In this document: in pieces, positions 13,679-22,652 of the stretch | Layout: each line of letters starts with the position of its first letter | Position numbering within the stretch: position 1 is the stretch's first letter | Position numbers and translations under genes: made by a program | DNA from: a virus | Taxonomy: Duplodnaviria; Caudoviricetes | DNA: 24,377 nucleotides | Direction: 5' to 3' (one strand) | IMG/VR virus record: IMGVR_UViG_3300021791_000011 | Coordinates: 1-24,377 of that record | The notes under the pieces: generated by a model | Told to the model about the DNA's origin: nothing | Seen by the model: only the letters and a program-made list of their open reading frames with translations | Databases searched by the model: none

Positions 13679-15130
13679 ATGCCAGCTCCAACGTTAAAAC
13701 TACAGCTCGACGAACTGCGTACAGAGCGCGCCGCGCTGCTCTCGCAAGCCAAGCTGCTCGCAAGCCAGGAGTCGATGACTGAGTCCGAGGAAGCTGAAGT
13801 CACCGCTGCCACGGAGCTCATCGAAGATATTGATTCCCGGGTTAATGACCTGGAAGCGCAGCGGCAGCGTTCCCTGAACGCCAGCGCCCGGTTAGACCAA
13901 TTAACCCCGCCTGATGAAGACCTGCCTGAAGGGCAGTTGCATCGGCCCGCTACGGCCACGGCTATTGCCTCGCATGTAAACGGATCTGCCCGCTGGAGTC
14001 TCTCCAAGTCCTATCAAAGACAGTTCCGATCTAAAAACTTCCGTAGCATTCAGTCTGCTGATGATGAATACACTCCGGAAGAGAAAGCTTTCCGCTTTGG
14101 CCAATGGTGTCTGGCGAAAATGTCGACACAGATTCCACAACTCGACCCCAATGAGGCGGCTCTTCAGTTTTATCGCGAAGAAATTCGGCCGCAGCTCGGT
14201 GCATTGACCACTGGTAACGCGGGATCGAGCATTGTCCCGGACGAATTCGTCAACGATCTGGTGATCCTGCGAGAGCAGTATGGCGTGGCCAGGCAACTGT
14301 GCCGCGTTCGGCAGATGGCCAGCGATGTCACAATCGTGCCTCGCGAGGTCTCCCAGACGACTGCGGCGTACTATAACGAGGACACGAATATCTCGGAAAG
14401 CGATGCAGATCTCGATGATATTCGCCTTGTAGCGCAGAATTTAAGCGCTATCAGCCGGTTCTCCGCTAATCTGGCAGACGATTCTCCGATTGATGTCGGC
14501 GACTATCTCGCAAAGCAGATTGCCTGGCGATTCGCGTATGAGGAAGACCAGGCCTGTATCCTGGGCGACGGCACATCGACCTACGGTGGTCAGACTGGGT
14601 TAAAAACCCAGCTGGAGAGTATAGGGGTGGCTTCCCCTGGCCTCACTGATGGCGGCGGAGGCTCAGGCTCAACCTGGGCTGCGATAACGCTGGCCGATTT
14701 TGAGCAAATGATGGGCAACCTGCCGATGTTCGCAGACAATCCGAACACTGTCCTGTGTTGCCACAAGTCGTTCTATCATCAGGTCCTCCTTGGTCTGATG
14801 AACGCCTCAGGCGGGACCACCCTGACCGAGCTGGCTGACGGCCAGCGCGTTCCAAGTTTCCAAGGGTACCCGGTCGTGTTTAGCGCTGCGTGGCCGTCCA
14901 CGCAGACCAATAGCGAGGTCCAATTCTCGTTCGGTGACCACTCACTGGCGGCGACGTTCGGCGAGCGGAAGGGGATGGAAATCTCATTCTCTACCGAGGC
15001 AAATGTAGGATCAGTCAGTCTGTGGACACGGAATCAGATCGGTGTTCGTGGAACTGAGCGATTTAACGTTGTGGTACACGATTTTGGCACCGCTTCGGCA
15101 GCTGGTCCGGTTGTTTCCATCCTCACGTAA
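13679..15130 (+). CDS. Major capsid protein, HK97 fold, with N-terminal coiled-coil scaffold (delta) domain
   Basis: IVPDEF, LADDSPIDV, EDQACILGDGT, GYPVV, FGD and RNQIGVRGTERF motifs; 483 aa; position after the protease. Confidence 0.96.
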   Translation: MPAPTLKLQLDELRTERAALLSQAKLLASQESMTESEEAEVTAATELIEDIDSRVNDLEAQRQRSLNASARLDQLTPPDEDLPEGQLHRPATATAIASHVNGSARWSLSKSYQRQFRSKNFRSIQSADDEYTPEEKAFRFGQWCLAKMSTQIPQLDPNEAALQFYREEIRPQLGALTTGNAGSSIVPDEFVNDLVILREQYGVARQLCRVRQMASDVTIVPREVSQTTAAYYNEDTNISESDADLDDIRLVAQNLSAISRFSANLADDSPIDVGDYLAKQIAWRFAYEEDQACILGDGTSTYGGQTGLKTQLESIGVASPGLTDGGGGSGSTWAAITLADFEQMMGNLPMFADNPNTVLCCHKSFYHQVLLGLMNASGGTTLTELADGQRVPSFQGYPVVFSAAWPSTQTNSEVQFSFGDHSLAATFGERKGMEISFSTEANVGSVSLWTRNQIGVRGTERFNVVVHDFGTASAAGPVVSILT

Positions 15131-15148
15131 TCACTGAAAGGCAGTTGA

Positions 15149-15604
15149 ATGATTTCTGCACAACATTGTAAGTACGCGTCAATCACTGCACCGGTTGCAG
15201 TTGACGGTACGATGACCACTGCATTCGTAGACACCGCCGGCTATTCTTATGCGACTGTCATTCTGCATCAGGGCGTATGTGCTGCTGATATAACGACGCT
15301 TACGCTTGGCGACTGTGACACGTCGGGCGGATCGTACGACACTTTCGTGACGTACGGTACCACCGCCGATATCGAAGGCGCCACCACGATAAAGCCGCAA
15401 GAAGACACTGAGGAAGGCAAGATGTTCGTTTTACAGGTCGACCTGCGCGGCCGGAAGCGATATCTCGATCTCTCTGTTGTTAACGACGGCACCGACCCTG
15501 GAAACGTAGCGTCAGCAATTTGCATCCTGTCGCGTCCGGAGCAAAAACCGGTCACCGTCGCCGACCACGGCGATGTTGGGTCCACAGGCGTTGTCCGAAT
15601 TTGA
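15149..15604 (+). CDS. Putative capsid decoration/cement protein
   Basis: 151-aa beta-rich protein directly after the capsid gene and before a strong hairpin. Function from synteny only. Confidence 0.6.
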   Translation: MISAQHCKYASITAPVAVDGTMTTAFVDTAGYSYATVILHQGVCAADITTLTLGDCDTSGGSYDTFVTYGTTADIEGATTIKPQEDTEEGKMFVLQVDLRGRKRYLDLSVVNDGTDPGNVASAICILSRPEQKPVTVADHGDVGSTGVVRI

Positions 15605-15644
15605 AGCAATCCAGTCTGGCATCCCCGAGTCGCTGGATTTTACG

Positions 15645-15674
15645 AGCGGCGGCGAGCCACCCCTCGCCGCCGCT
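15645..15674 (+). terminator. GC-rich hairpin, leaky terminator or mRNA stabiliser after the capsid genes
   Basis: Perfect 12-bp arms AGCGGCGGCGAG / CTCGCCGCCGCT with a 6-nt loop; only a weak tail (ATCTTCT). Confidence 0.65.
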
Positions 15675-15697
15675 ATCTTCTACCGGAGACTTTTGAA

Positions 15698-15949
15698 GTG
15701 AATAACCCCGGCAGCACTGTTGAGCTGGAGTTTTTGCAGGACTGGCCTCAAGGCCGAATGTTGATGGGCGACGTTGGTATATACGGACTGGGGGTTGCTG
15801 ATCAATTGATCCGCCGGCGGCTCGCAAAGACAGTCCCGGCTGCAAAGCCTTCTCGCGCCCGCTCCACACGCAAGGCTACTAGATCGCATGAAAAAGATAT
15901 CAACCACAACGCCGCCGGCCGACGTTCCGGTGACACTGCAGTCACTTAA
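15698..15949 (+). CDS. Small basic head-associated hypothetical protein
   Basis: GGAG before the GTG. VELEFLQDW...GVADQLIRRRLA plus a basic tail, in the usual slot between capsid and head-tail connector. Confidence 0.65.
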   Translation: MNNPGSTVELEFLQDWPQGRMLMGDVGIYGLGVADQLIRRRLAKTVPAAKPSRARSTRKATRSHEKDINHNAAGRRSGDTAVT

Positions 15950-16469
15950 AAGCTTTCTCGGTGTCACAACTTCAGATAACGATGAAACACTGGACGAGCT
16001 TCGGCACGCGGCTATTAAAAAGGTGGAGCACGACTGTCAGATCAAAATCATTACTCAGGTGGTAACCTTTTATTTCGACTGGTGGCCACCAGACGGCAGG
16101 TTTTGCAAGCTGCACCTCTATCCAATTTCGGCAATCAACAGCGTCAGGTATAGCGACACCGACGGGTCACGAACAATTGTTCCCGGCGCTGTCTACAACA
16201 CGGATGTGATTGAAGCACCCGCGAGGATCTGGCTTGCGGAAGGGCAGACATGGCCGATACAGGATTCGGTGAAACCAAACGAGATTGAGGTCGCTGCACA
16301 AGTCGGCTGGGCAACCCGAGGCGCGGTGCCGCCTGAAGTCAAGCTTGCCGTTAAAATGGCCGCTGCGCAAATGGACCCGACGATGGGGCAATGCTCCTGC
16401 ACCAGTGACGAGTATGCGTCGGTCATATCGTCTATTCAATGGACAGGCTTAGTGCTATCGAGAGACTAG
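15888..16469 (+). CDS. Head-tail connector/adaptor (HK97 gp6 / SPP1 gp15-like)
   Basis: PVTLQSLKSFLGV...DETL, IITQ, YPISAINSVRYSD and VPPEVKLAVKM motifs. Confidence 0.88.
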   Translation: MKKISTTTPPADVPVTLQSLKSFLGVTTSDNDETLDELRHAAIKKVEHDCQIKIITQVVTFYFDWWPPDGRFCKLHLYPISAINSVRYSDTDGSRTIVPGAVYNTDVIEAPARIWLAEGQTWPIQDSVKPNEIEVAAQVGWATRGAVPPEVKLAVKMAAAQMDPTMGQCSCTSDEYASVISSIQWTGLVLSRD

Positions 16470-16473
16470 AGCA

Positions 16474-16845
16474 ATGGCGAAAAGTCAACGAAGATCAGCC
16501 TGTGGCTCTGGAAGGAAGCATTTCATTGTCATCCAGTCCCTGACATCCCTGTCAGAGGACGCACACGGCCACGTTGACCGCACAGACGATAGTAACTGGA
16601 CAACGTATGAGACGGCCTATGCGACAGTTGTAAGCAAGGCCGGCCGTGAATTCTGGAAAGTCAATCAGGTTCGGTCGGATATTACTCACGTCTGGCGTAT
16701 GCCATACAGTACAAAGCTTGGGTCCGCCACATCAGACATGAGGGTTAAGCACGACGGAAAGGTGTACAACATCGTGTGGGTCGACGACACTGACCTGGAC
16801 CATAAAGAGATTCAGATTCAGACACGAATACAGGGCGACACCTAA
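16474..16845 (+). CDS. Head closure protein (HK97 gp7 / SPP1 gp16-like)
   Basis: IVIQ...DAHG...W...A.V...AGREFW and DMRVKHDGKVYNI motifs; synteny. Confidence 0.9.
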   Translation: MAKSQRRSACGSGRKHFIVIQSLTSLSEDAHGHVDRTDDSNWTTYETAYATVVSKAGREFWKVNQVRSDITHVWRMPYSTKLGSATSDMRVKHDGKVYNIVWVDDTDLDHKEIQIQTRIQGDT

Positions 16846-17484
16846 ATGCCAGCTGTCCCGTTGAAGCATAAAACACGCAGCACACCTGGCTTTGGGATTA
16901 CAAGTGGCCGAGTCCACTCAACTATCCGTGGAGACAAAGAACTTTTGGCACTGTTCAGAACGCTGTCAGACAAGGGCAAAGACAGGGTTATTGCCGCTGG
17001 CCTGAAGGTGTATTTGAAGGCAATTGTCAAGGAAGTGAGACGTCTAGTGCCATCAAAATATGCACACGTCAGAAAACTGGTAAAAAGCAAATTCAGGCAA
17101 AGGTCCGGGAAAGTGTCAATAGCGAAGGCTGGGTTTGGGGTAAGCCGGCCTGGGGGTAAAAATAGAGGGAGCAACCGCAAAGGGGGCAAAGGTGTCGGGA
17201 TGGAACCCAGCACTGTCCACTGGTGGGTTCTATCCAAGGGCGCAAAAGTCGCTCCCGGATCAACAGCCCCGAAACGACGTGAAACAAAGGATAAACAGAA
17301 TCGCGGAATTATGTGGGACGGGAAAGACTCCGCCAAGGCGGCAGTTAAGAGGCATATGACTATCCTCAACAGAGCTATTCGCCGGGCTAAAATCAGCGGC
17401 CGTTCCCTGGCCGTTAAGGCAGTAACAAAAGTAATAAACCGCGAGGTTGAAAAAGCCAGCCGCGCAGCGTCGAAGGTCAAGTAG
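16846..17484 (+). CDS. HK97 gp10-like neck/tail morphogenesis protein, very basic
   Basis: IRGDKELLALFRTL N-terminal pattern and HWWVL; slot between head closure and tail completion genes. Confidence 0.65.
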   Translation: MPAVPLKHKTRSTPGFGITSGRVHSTIRGDKELLALFRTLSDKGKDRVIAAGLKVYLKAIVKEVRRLVPSKYAHVRKLVKSKFRQRSGKVSIAKAGFGVSRPGGKNRGSNRKGGKGVGMEPSTVHWWVLSKGAKVAPGSTAPKRRETKDKQNRGIMWDGKDSAKAAVKRHMTILNRAIRRAKISGRSLAVKAVTKVINREVEKASRAASKVK

Positions 17485-17550
17485 ACTCATAACTACAGAT
17501 ACGCTGCCTGGTAATAATCACACTCCGATACCAACAGGGGGGGGCACGCC

Positions 17551-17961
17551 GTGCGGGCAGGGCTGGCTACACTATTGGCCGCGGAATCCACGATTTCTGA
17601 TTTTGTAGGGAGTCGTGTTTATGTGTCCTCTGTTCCGCAGGGAGTCACCAGCTCGCACATTGTCATATCCAAATCAAGCCAGGAGGGCTTTGAGTGCCTG
17701 GACGGCAGCACTGGCGAGATTGTTTATTCCATGTTTGACGTCGACTGTGTAGCTCAGCGCTCTGTAACCTGTGAGTCAATGTCCGCCGCCGTTCGCGAAT
17801 ATCTGGATGACATGAGCAATCAGGCCACCGGCGTGAGCGGAGAGGTTATTGCCACCGTCAACTACCTTGGTGAGGATGAAGACCTGCGGCCACCGACGGA
17901 CGGCAGTCAAATCAGTCTGTATAGCATCACATTGAGCTTCGGTATCTTTTGGAGGCCATAA
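17551..17961 (+). CDS. Tail completion/terminator protein (SPP1 gp17 / DUF3168-like)
   Basis: L..LLAA...ISDFVGSRVY...PQG, FDVDCVA and AVREYLD; directly precedes the tail tube gene. Confidence 0.85.
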   Translation: MRAGLATLLAAESTISDFVGSRVYVSSVPQGVTSSHIVISKSSQEGFECLDGSTGEIVYSMFDVDCVAQRSVTCESMSAAVREYLDDMSNQATGVSGEVIATVNYLGEDEDLRPPTDGSQISLYSITLSFGIFWRP

Positions 17962-17962
17962 T

Positions 17963-18385
17963 ATGGCAAAAAACCCCGGAAAAGGCGCCACGTTGAAGAT
18001 GACACACGGGGGGAGTCTGCAGATTATTCCGCAGATTACATCAATCAGTCACAGTGGGGCCGGCTCTGCTGTCGTGGCGACACCCACGCTAGATAGCGGG
18101 GTAGGTATTCCCTACACCAATGTAGGCATGTCTGAGGGCGGCGAGTTCGCGTGTGATGGAATCCATGACGTCCAGGAGGCAGATCACCAGTTCATAACCG
18201 ATTTGATTCTTGCGCCGAGCACGGCACCGATTGCATGTCAGATTATACACACCGATGGATCTGCCACGACGGAAGCATTTACTGCTGCCGGGGTAACAGA
18301 TTATTCAGTCAGCTGGACCACGGAAGACGTCACACGATTCTCATTCTCACTGAAGGTTGATGGGCTGGTCGCCTATACCTCGTGA
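17963..18385 (+). CDS. Tail tube (major tail) protein
   Basis: GGAGG RBS. GATLK, IPQITSIS, EGGEF and FSFSLKVDG patterns of lambda gpV-type tubes; synteny. Confidence 0.85.
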   Translation: MAKNPGKGATLKMTHGGSLQIIPQITSISHSGAGSAVVATPTLDSGVGIPYTNVGMSEGGEFACDGIHDVQEADHQFITDLILAPSTAPIACQIIHTDGSATTEAFTAAGVTDYSVSWTTEDVTRFSFSLKVDGLVAYTS

Positions 18386-18401
18386 CAGAAATGTTTCCTG
18401 C

Positions 18402-18782
18402 ATGAAGACGCAGTTGACAAGGCATGATATCGAGCTGAATGAGCCGGTTGCACGCGACCTGTTCGGCCAGGAGTTTATTTCCAAGAACACGCACTTGTTG
18501 ACTAAATACGGTACACGGAGGTGTTTGTGCTGGCGCGAGGGGACAGTGCTAGACACGCCAGACTCCTGGACGTTTGTTGTTGTTGGAGCAGGTATTCCAG
18601 CGGACGAGGAGTGTTCGCAGCACTGCAACCGTTACGGAGAATGGGCACTGCGAATTGACTCGCGTGCAGAGGCTTACCAAGAGGCTGAAGACCGCTGCGC
18701 GGCGGCCTGTAATCCGTTATTAAGAGAGACTTGGCATGACGACGGAATCGACGACGGAGACCAGTGGGCAGCTGAGACGTGA
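18402..18782 (+). CDS. Hypothetical protein between tail tube and chaperone
   Basis: ATG 16 nt after the tube stop; Cys-rich, GAGIPADEEC. Confidence 0.7.
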   Translation: MKTQLTRHDIELNEPVARDLFGQEFISKNTHLLTKYGTRRCLCWREGTVLDTPDSWTFVVVGAGIPADEECSQHCNRYGEWALRIDSRAEAYQEAEDRCAAACNPLLRETWHDDGIDDGDQWAAET

Positions 18783-19137
18783 GGATTTTCTGTCCCGGGT
18801 TAGCGCCCGGCGGTACATAAATGTCGTCCTTCACGACGGCACCACGGTCATGTTACGCAGCGTGACAGAGGCTGAGGCATGCACGGTCGACATGCGCGAG
18901 CTTAGCAAGTCGGGAGAAACAGACCGTAATCGTCTGCGTGAGCGCCGGCTGGCAACACTTACGGTCCATCTTGTGGACGCACAAACAAAGCAGAGAATGT
19001 TCGGTTTTGAAGACATTGCACAGCTCAGGAACCTTGATGCAGCCGACGTCAATGTAATCTTTGATGCGTGCGTCAAACTGAGAGAGGGGCGCAGCGTCGA
19101 CGCAGCGGAAAAGCCCTACGCCGGAACGGAAGACTAA
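18736..19137 (+). CDS. Tail assembly chaperone (gpG-like)
   Basis: LRREDFL...TVMLRSVTEAE...HLVDA...RMF...DIAQL...IFDACVKL...AEK. Slippery site near the 3' end; upstream of the tape measure. Confidence 0.85.
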   Translation: MTTESTTETSGQLRREDFLSRVSARRYINVVLHDGTTVMLRSVTEAEACTVDMRELSKSGETDRNRLRERRLATLTVHLVDAQTKQRMFGFEDIAQLRNLDAADVNVIFDACVKLREGRSVDAAEKPYAGTED

Positions 19138-19355
19138 GGGCTGCTTTCCGTCTGGCGTTATTTATGGGCGAGATTAACCCGTTTAAGATGCTAGAGGGCA
19201 TGTCGATCGATTTGATGAACTGGTGGGCGGCATATGACAGCATTGAGCCTATGCATGTACATTCCGCACAGACAGCAGCAGTCTTGAGATCACTGGAAGA
19301 GGAACCGAAGGATCGAGTTGAGTTTGTGAGCAGTATTTTAGGCTTTGATGTATAA
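19068..19355 (+). CDS. gpT-like frame, expressed as a gpGT fusion by -1 frameshift
   Basis: In the -1 frame relative to the chaperone, with no RBS-backed start. FRLALFMG...MLEGMS...WWAAYDSIEP pattern. Coding probably begins at about 19113. Confidence 0.8.
   Translation: MRQTERGAQRRRSGKALRRNGRLRAAFRLALFMGEINPFKMLEGMSIDLMNWWAAYDSIEPMHVHSAQTAAVLRSLEEEPKDRVEFVSSILGFDV
19107..19158 (+). other. Programmed -1 frameshift signal (G GAA AAG) with downstream hairpin
   Basis: GGAAAAG at 19107-19113 in the chaperone frame; stem ACGCCGG(A)ACGGAAG / TTTCCGTCTGGCGT spanning 19118-19158. Confidence 0.75.
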
Positions 19356-19370
19356 ACACCAGGGGCACTA

Positions 19371-20408
19371 ATGACTTCCGGCCCAAACATCGCGGTGGAG
19401 TTAACCGTTGACTCTAGCCAATATAATGCCGGCCTGCAGAAGGCTACGACGAAAACCAACGAGTTTACAAGCAATATTAAGAAGCAGGGAACACGGTGGA
19501 AGAACGCCGGCTTCATTGAAATATCCAGGGGAGTGGAAGACTTTGCCTCACAGCTTGGAACGACCGGTCTTGCCGGTGCCATGAGGGCTTCGGCAAACAA
19601 TGCGAGCCAGCTCTTGGCGTTATGGGGCCCGGCGGGACTCGCTGGTATGGCCGCGTCGCTGGGTGTAACACTTGGCAGTATCTTGATTCCCAAGTTATTG
19701 GAGACAAGAGATGCGTTGAAAGAGATCACAGATCTGCAAAAAGAGACCATGGGACATCATGAGAAGCAAAGAGCGAGGGATTTCAGGACCCAGCAAGAAC
19801 GTGACAGGATCAAGACTCCCGAGGACCGCAAGGCTTTTATTGCGGACCAGACAAGCAAAATAAAAGAGCTGGAATCAAAGCTGGCTGTCCCCGCCACTGC
19901 ACGGAAGCTGGCCCTGGATAGTTTTATTGAGGAGAAACGGCGGGAGCGTGCGCCCCGGCAGGAACACTATGCAGGATTTGCCGGCGGGATCGATCGGCAG
20001 CTTCGGCATATGGCTAGGCAGGCAGGTCCGGCATTCGACGCCGGCCCGGCGATAACTGAATTCGATCAATCTGGGCAAGGCAAAGAATTCAACAAGCAAA
20101 TATCTGCCTTAATGTCAGATATCGCCTATCACAAAAATCAACTCGCAGAGGAAACAGGAACTCAGCGTGGGCACCGCGAATGGGACCAGATGATGCCCAA
20201 AATTGTGTCACCCACGGGGATCCCCAAGGGTATAGAGTCTCGCATTTCAAAGCCCGGCAGCTCCAGTCCCGGCCCTCCTCTTCACGTTCCATTAAATGAT
20301 ATGATTGAGGAGCAAAAAGAGGCCAATAACACGCTCAAGGATATAAAAAAGGCCATGCAGGGGGACAAAACTATGGGGCAGGCCCTCGTTATTCCAACCT
20401 TAGACTAA
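19371..20408 (+). CDS. Tape measure protein, short (345 aa)
   Basis: N-terminal IAVELTVDSSQYNAGLQKA, Ala/Gly-rich hydrophobic segment, long helical body; follows gpG/T. Confidence 0.85.
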   Translation: MTSGPNIAVELTVDSSQYNAGLQKATTKTNEFTSNIKKQGTRWKNAGFIEISRGVEDFASQLGTTGLAGAMRASANNASQLLALWGPAGLAGMAASLGVTLGSILIPKLLETRDALKEITDLQKETMGHHEKQRARDFRTQQERDRIKTPEDRKAFIADQTSKIKELESKLAVPATARKLALDSFIEEKRRERAPRQEHYAGFAGGIDRQLRHMARQAGPAFDAGPAITEFDQSGQGKEFNKQISALMSDIAYHKNQLAEETGTQRGHREWDQMMPKIVSPTGIPKGIESRISKPGSSSPGPPLHVPLNDMIEEQKEANNTLKDIKKAMQGDKTMGQALVIPTLD

Positions 20409-20445
20409 TCATGTCACACAACACTCACGATCAGGCATATCACTA

Positions 20446-21471
20446 ATGGCTCACGAGGGAATAGAAGGGTCAGGGGTCTCTGCAATTAGTGAAATATGGG
20501 ACGGGCGGAGCCTGAGCCACGATATGAACGAGGGTGTTTCCGAGGCCAGCCGGTCGTTTCGGATTATTACTAATAATCGCCACATTGACGGCGTGGTGAT
20601 ACAGACGGCTGCAGACGAGTCTGGAAGAACGTTGCCACAGAGAGGGTCGGCGCATCCACACAACCCAAACATGCGTGTCAGCAATGTTTCTATCACGCAG
20701 AGTAGTGACGGCCCAACGTTCTGGGAAGCGAACGTTACCTACACCGACAGGACGACAAACAACTTCGGTGACAACCCGGAGCTGGATACTGCGCCGGTAA
20801 TAACGTGCACAACTGTCGAGGAGCAGGTGGACCTGCTGCAGGGCTGGTCACTTACAGACGACGAGCCAGTACCGTATGCCAACACGCTTTTCGAACCATA
20901 CGAGGGAGCCACAAAGCCGGAGCATTACTGGCAAATAACTGTCTCATTGAGCCTGCTGAGGGCTTCAGAGCACTCTCCTGCTGGCGGATGGCCAGCGTTC
21001 ATGGTCGACATCCCGAACACGATAAACAGCAAGCAGTTCCGGGTCCTGGGAGTACCTATTCCCCAGGACTGGGCGCGTATTTCCGAGCTGTCAATAAGCC
21101 CAGAGTTGCTACTTGGGACTTTCCATTATTTCAAAGTGTCTGTCACTATACTGGTTCGCCGTGGAGGATGGAATCGCACTGAGGTCAACAGGGGGTATCA
21201 TGAACTGCATTACTACATTGGGGAGCAGGAAGACCAGAAGCCCTGGAGGAAGGCACATGCGCTTGATGATCACCAGCAGCCGGTCGGCAGGCCGGTGTAT
21301 CTAAATAAACGTGGTGAGCAGATCAAGCGCAAGACCGACATGGTTGGCCTGAATGCAACCCCAGAGGAGTTCGACGCCCTTGACGCGAAGTTCAGAGAAG
21401 AGATACATTATCAACAGTTTCGAATTTTTGAGCGGTACGACTTTACCAGGCTACCACATTTTTCAGAATAA
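20446..21471 (+). CDS. Putative tail tip/hub protein
   Basis: First gene after the tape measure; beta-rich, LPQRGSAHP...WEANVTY. Function from synteny. Confidence 0.6.
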   Translation: MAHEGIEGSGVSAISEIWDGRSLSHDMNEGVSEASRSFRIITNNRHIDGVVIQTAADESGRTLPQRGSAHPHNPNMRVSNVSITQSSDGPTFWEANVTYTDRTTNNFGDNPELDTAPVITCTTVEEQVDLLQGWSLTDDEPVPYANTLFEPYEGATKPEHYWQITVSLSLLRASEHSPAGGWPAFMVDIPNTINSKQFRVLGVPIPQDWARISELSISPELLLGTFHYFKVSVTILVRRGGWNRTEVNRGYHELHYYIGEQEDQKPWRKAHALDDHQQPVGRPVYLNKRGEQIKRKTDMVGLNATPEEFDALDAKFREEIHYQQFRIFERYDFTRLPHFSE

Positions 21472-21476
21472 CGAGG

Positions 21477-22139
21477 ATGCTAGTGTCGCGACTTAGCTCC
21501 AGCTTGCACGTCGGTGGTACACTTAGCGCCGACACAATGACGATCCCGTCATCCACTGTAACCAACGCAATGGTAAAGGGTGACGCAGCGATTGCCCGCA
21601 GTAAGCTTAGCCAGGACCCCCTGGTCAAATACATGATACCATGGAACAACTTCCGGGTATGGGACGCGTTCCAGACCATTCTTCCAACCACATCGGCAAG
21701 TGATGATCTAGGATTAAGTTATGGCACGCTTGGGTCGTCTGGAACATCTATACGAACGAGCGACCTTGTAGGCACCAGTGTTACTCGATATGCGAGATTC
21801 ATGTTCTCGATTCCGGCAGAGTACGACGCCGGCGAGACTATTAACCTGCGCGCACACGCAGGAATGACTGCTGTCGCCGAGGTGTCGGCGACTGTGGATT
21901 TTTCAGCATATAAACATGACAACGAGTCGGGTGTCGGATCTGACCTGGTGGCCACCGCCGCAACGTCAATTAACTCGACAACGCTGGCTTCCAAGGACTT
22001 TGACGTCACAGCAACGGGAATTAACCCTGGCGACCTGCTGGATGTGCGTATGGCGGTCGCGGTAAACGACACCGGTGGAAGCGGAGCCTGCATTGCAGTC
22101 GTAGGAGGCGTGTGGGCACTTCTCGACATCCGGGGGTAA
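21477..22139 (+). CDS. Putative minor tail/fibre protein
   Basis: TVTNAMVKGDAAIARSKL fibre-shaft-like motif followed by a beta-sandwich-like C-terminus. Confidence 0.6.
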   Translation: MLVSRLSSSLHVGGTLSADTMTIPSSTVTNAMVKGDAAIARSKLSQDPLVKYMIPWNNFRVWDAFQTILPTTSASDDLGLSYGTLGSSGTSIRTSDLVGTSVTRYARFMFSIPAEYDAGETINLRAHAGMTAVAEVSATVDFSAYKHDNESGVGSDLVATAATSINSTTLASKDFDVTATGINPGDLLDVRMAVAVNDTGGSGACIAVVGGVWALLDIRG

Positions 22140-22149
22140 CACTGCCAAT

Positions 22150-22527
22150 ATGACAGAGCGATCATTTGAGCTGTCGCCGACAGTCGTCAGGCAGTTAAAG
22201 ACGCTGTGGTCCAGGTGGGGGTCACGGCGCACAGGATCTGTCGCAACAGATGCCGGTTTCCCGGGCATGGCTCGCGATGTGCGATATCAGGGAAAGTTGA
22301 CCTCTGACCTGGACGCAGGGTCACTGACGAATCCATCGTCAGCGGAATTTCAGCCCTTTTTCCCCGTTGATCCGGGCGATAAGTCGAAGGGCCTGGAAGA
22401 GGGAATGCAGTTCACCCCGCCTATCACGGTCTATAATCACGACGCCGGGTTTTCGCTATCCAGTGACAAATACTGCCGGGTCGAATTCCTGAATGGCGCG
22501 TGGACTATCTACTACGGGTGTGACTGA
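22150..22527 (+). CDS. Putative minor tail protein (125 aa)
   Basis: Tiles the operon; ends CRVEFLNGAWTIYYGCD. Confidence 0.6.
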   Translation: MTERSFELSPTVVRQLKTLWSRWGSRRTGSVATDAGFPGMARDVRYQGKLTSDLDAGSLTNPSSAEFQPFFPVDPGDKSKGLEEGMQFTPPITVYNHDAGFSLSSDKYCRVEFLNGAWTIYYGCD

Positions 22528-22652
22528 TAATGCGCCACGTGTTTGTCTCCATGCGATTGCTCACGCATGGCGAATGCACACTTCTCAGGCTGCTGCTGTC
22601 CCTGAGTTACACCGTGGCGGTTGTATCCGTATCTCTCGACTAAAGATCTGCA

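Noticed and set aside
9822-19750. Long antisense ORFs (9822..10718, 13264..14007, 16842..17480, 19073..19750)
   Set aside because: They are shadows of well-supported plus-strand structural genes, with no motifs or RBSs of their own.
3980-20408. Element as a gene transfer agent
   Set aside because: Head spikes and a short tape measure are GTA-like, but HNH plus P27-type TerS, phage-like small accessory genes and no visible host flanks favour a real phage. Not fully excluded without wider context.
22525-22605. Stop-codon reassignment or readthrough extending ORF22150 into the Cys-rich segment
   Set aside because: It would need two consecutive stops (TGA TAA) to be read through, and TGA, TAA and TAG all end genes normally elsewhere in the window.
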